From Octopus sinensis (Eukaryota): DNA of 64,000 nucleotides. Numbering within the stretch: the first letter of the stretch is position 1; every line of letters starts with the position of its first letter. A program made the position numbers and the translations under genes. This document shows, in pieces, positions 62,901 to 64,000 of the stretch. The stretch spans positions 16,492,001 to 16,556,000 of the forward strand of contig NC_043006.1 of NCBI RefSeq assembly GCF_006345805.1. Direction: 5' to 3'. The notes under the pieces are model-generated. The model saw only the letters and a list, made by a program, of their open reading frames with translations. It was not told where the DNA came from and ran no database searches.

Positions 62901-63173
62901 AGTATTTTATGATATTTTGTACATACATAGGGGGACAAGTGGCCGTGATCGTCTAGAGGTTAGGACCCCACGTTGTGGCCATGGTAACCCAGGTTCGAAT
63001 CCTGGTCACGGCAGTCCATTACCTTTTAATGGTGGTGCCCCAGCATGGCCACAGCTCGTGAGCTGAAGCTAGAAGAAATGAAAAAAAAAAAAATGAGTAT
63101 ATCAGCCTGTGGGTGAAACAAAATAGGCTCACGGGCACAATTGCGCTCACAGGTGGGGGTTAACCAACCCCTG
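59937..63173 (-). mobile_element. Decayed hAT (Buster/SPIN/GTF2IRD2-like) DNA transposon with fragmented transposase and nested SINEs
   Basis: Minus-strand motifs in collinear order: VAVHKKHNIERHFVSKH, KPRSDGEFVKECI, YSLAVDETTDLSNAAQMVIFI, LATDSTPSMVG, HCFIHMESLCAK, GDLLYHCEVR. A CAGGGGTTGG terminus lies at 63173. The other end and the C-terminal domain were not found. Confidence 0.82.
62942..63013 (+). tRNA. tRNA-His(GTG) or tRNA-His-derived copy
   Basis: 72-nt cloverleaf: acceptor stem GCCGTGA/TCACGGC plus discriminator A, anticodon loop TTGTGGC, T-arm CCAGG-TTCGAAT-CCTGG, TTTT at 63024-63027. One C-A mismatch in the anticodon stem, so it may be a pseudogene. Confidence 0.85.
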
Positions 63174-63447
63174 TTCTAAATTAATTGAAATAAAGGCAGT
63201 GTATTCCAACCGATGTGAAGGTGCATGGCTCAGTGGTTATAGTGTCAGGCTCAAAAAGAGGTAGCGAGTTCGATTCCCAGACCTGACTGTGTGTTGTGTT
63301 CTTAAGCAAAACGGTTTATTTCACATTGCTCCAGTTTACTCAGCTGCAGAAATGAGTTGCAATGTCACTGGTGCTGAGCCGTATAACTCTTTGCTTCTCT
63401 CTTGGATAACATCAGTGGCATGGAGAGGAGAGGAGGCTGGTATGCAT

Positions 63448-63922
63448 CATCATCATCATTGTTCGACCGTGGTCGAGACAATGGAATTTACTATGTTACG
63501 CCAGACTTCACGGTCCATCATAGCATTACGGAGGTCCTGTTGCTGGATGCCTGTGTCCCTGGAGATTACATCAGGGTAGGAGAGTGTGCGCCCTCTGGTA
63601 TTGCGGGTGGATGGCTTCCAGAGGAGAAGAGTTGAAATGACTTCTTTTTCAGCTCTACAACAATGTCCAGCAAACTGGACTCTCTTACCTTTCACAAGAG
63701 ATGACACAGGTGGTAGTTTCCCATATATTTGCATTTTGGTTGGATGGCGCTTCCACAAGAGATTTTGAGCTCTCATAAGGAGGCGAGTGTAGGTTCCATC
63801 CAACCGCCTCTCAAGCTTCTTTGATAATGTCCAGGTTTCTGAGCCATATAGTAGAATTGGTTCGACTGTGGCTTTGAATATTTCAAGTTTGAAGTCTCTA
63901 CTTAGATTTGATGACCAGATCT
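63448..63922 (-). mobile_element. 5'-truncated RTE-clade LINE fragment (RT C-terminus, (GAT)n tail) inserted in a SINE
   Basis: ILLYGSETWTL and QFAGHCCR motifs, uninterrupted reading frame, stop codon running into (TGA)n. TATGCAT is duplicated at 63441-63447 and 63923-63929. Confidence 0.85.
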
Positions 63923-64000
63923 TATGCATGGACAACTGGTCTTGCAAAAACAAACCTTGCCTGGACTTGTGCCTCGGAGGGTAACTTTCTAGGTGCAATC

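Noticed and set aside
63923-63998. N-terminal codons of the 180-aa minus-strand ORF
   Set aside because: They lie beyond the TATGCAT duplication in host SINE sequence (matches 48415-48480), so the in-frame fusion is fortuitous.

Overview
AT-rich, repeat-dense animal genomic DNA. The SINE and RTE families resemble those of Octopus (inference from recognised repeat sequences, not a database match). Two spliced + strand genes are present. The first is the last two coding exons of a G12/13-family G-protein alpha subunit (12560-12610, 19231-19800). The second is a complete five-exon NIP7 gene (40533-59026, 180 aa) with ETS, NRF1-like and E-box motifs just upstream. There is also a tRNA-His(GTG) sequence followed by a SINE-type tail. 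The rest is mostly mobile DNA: three or more tRNA-derived SINE families, more than 20 5'-truncated RTE-LINE 3' ends with (GAT)n tails, a decayed Penelope-like element (RT plus GIY-YIG), a decayed hAT transposase element, a non-autonomous Helitron and several MITE families. The most notable signals are several minimal type-I hammerhead ribozyme motifs in Penelope-related, (TA)n-embedded elements. One has a compensatory U3-A8 core and one sits in a perfect 73-bp hairpin. Several long inverted repeats in introns could form dsRNA. Repeat boundaries were read by eye and are approximate unless a TSD or TIR is cited.
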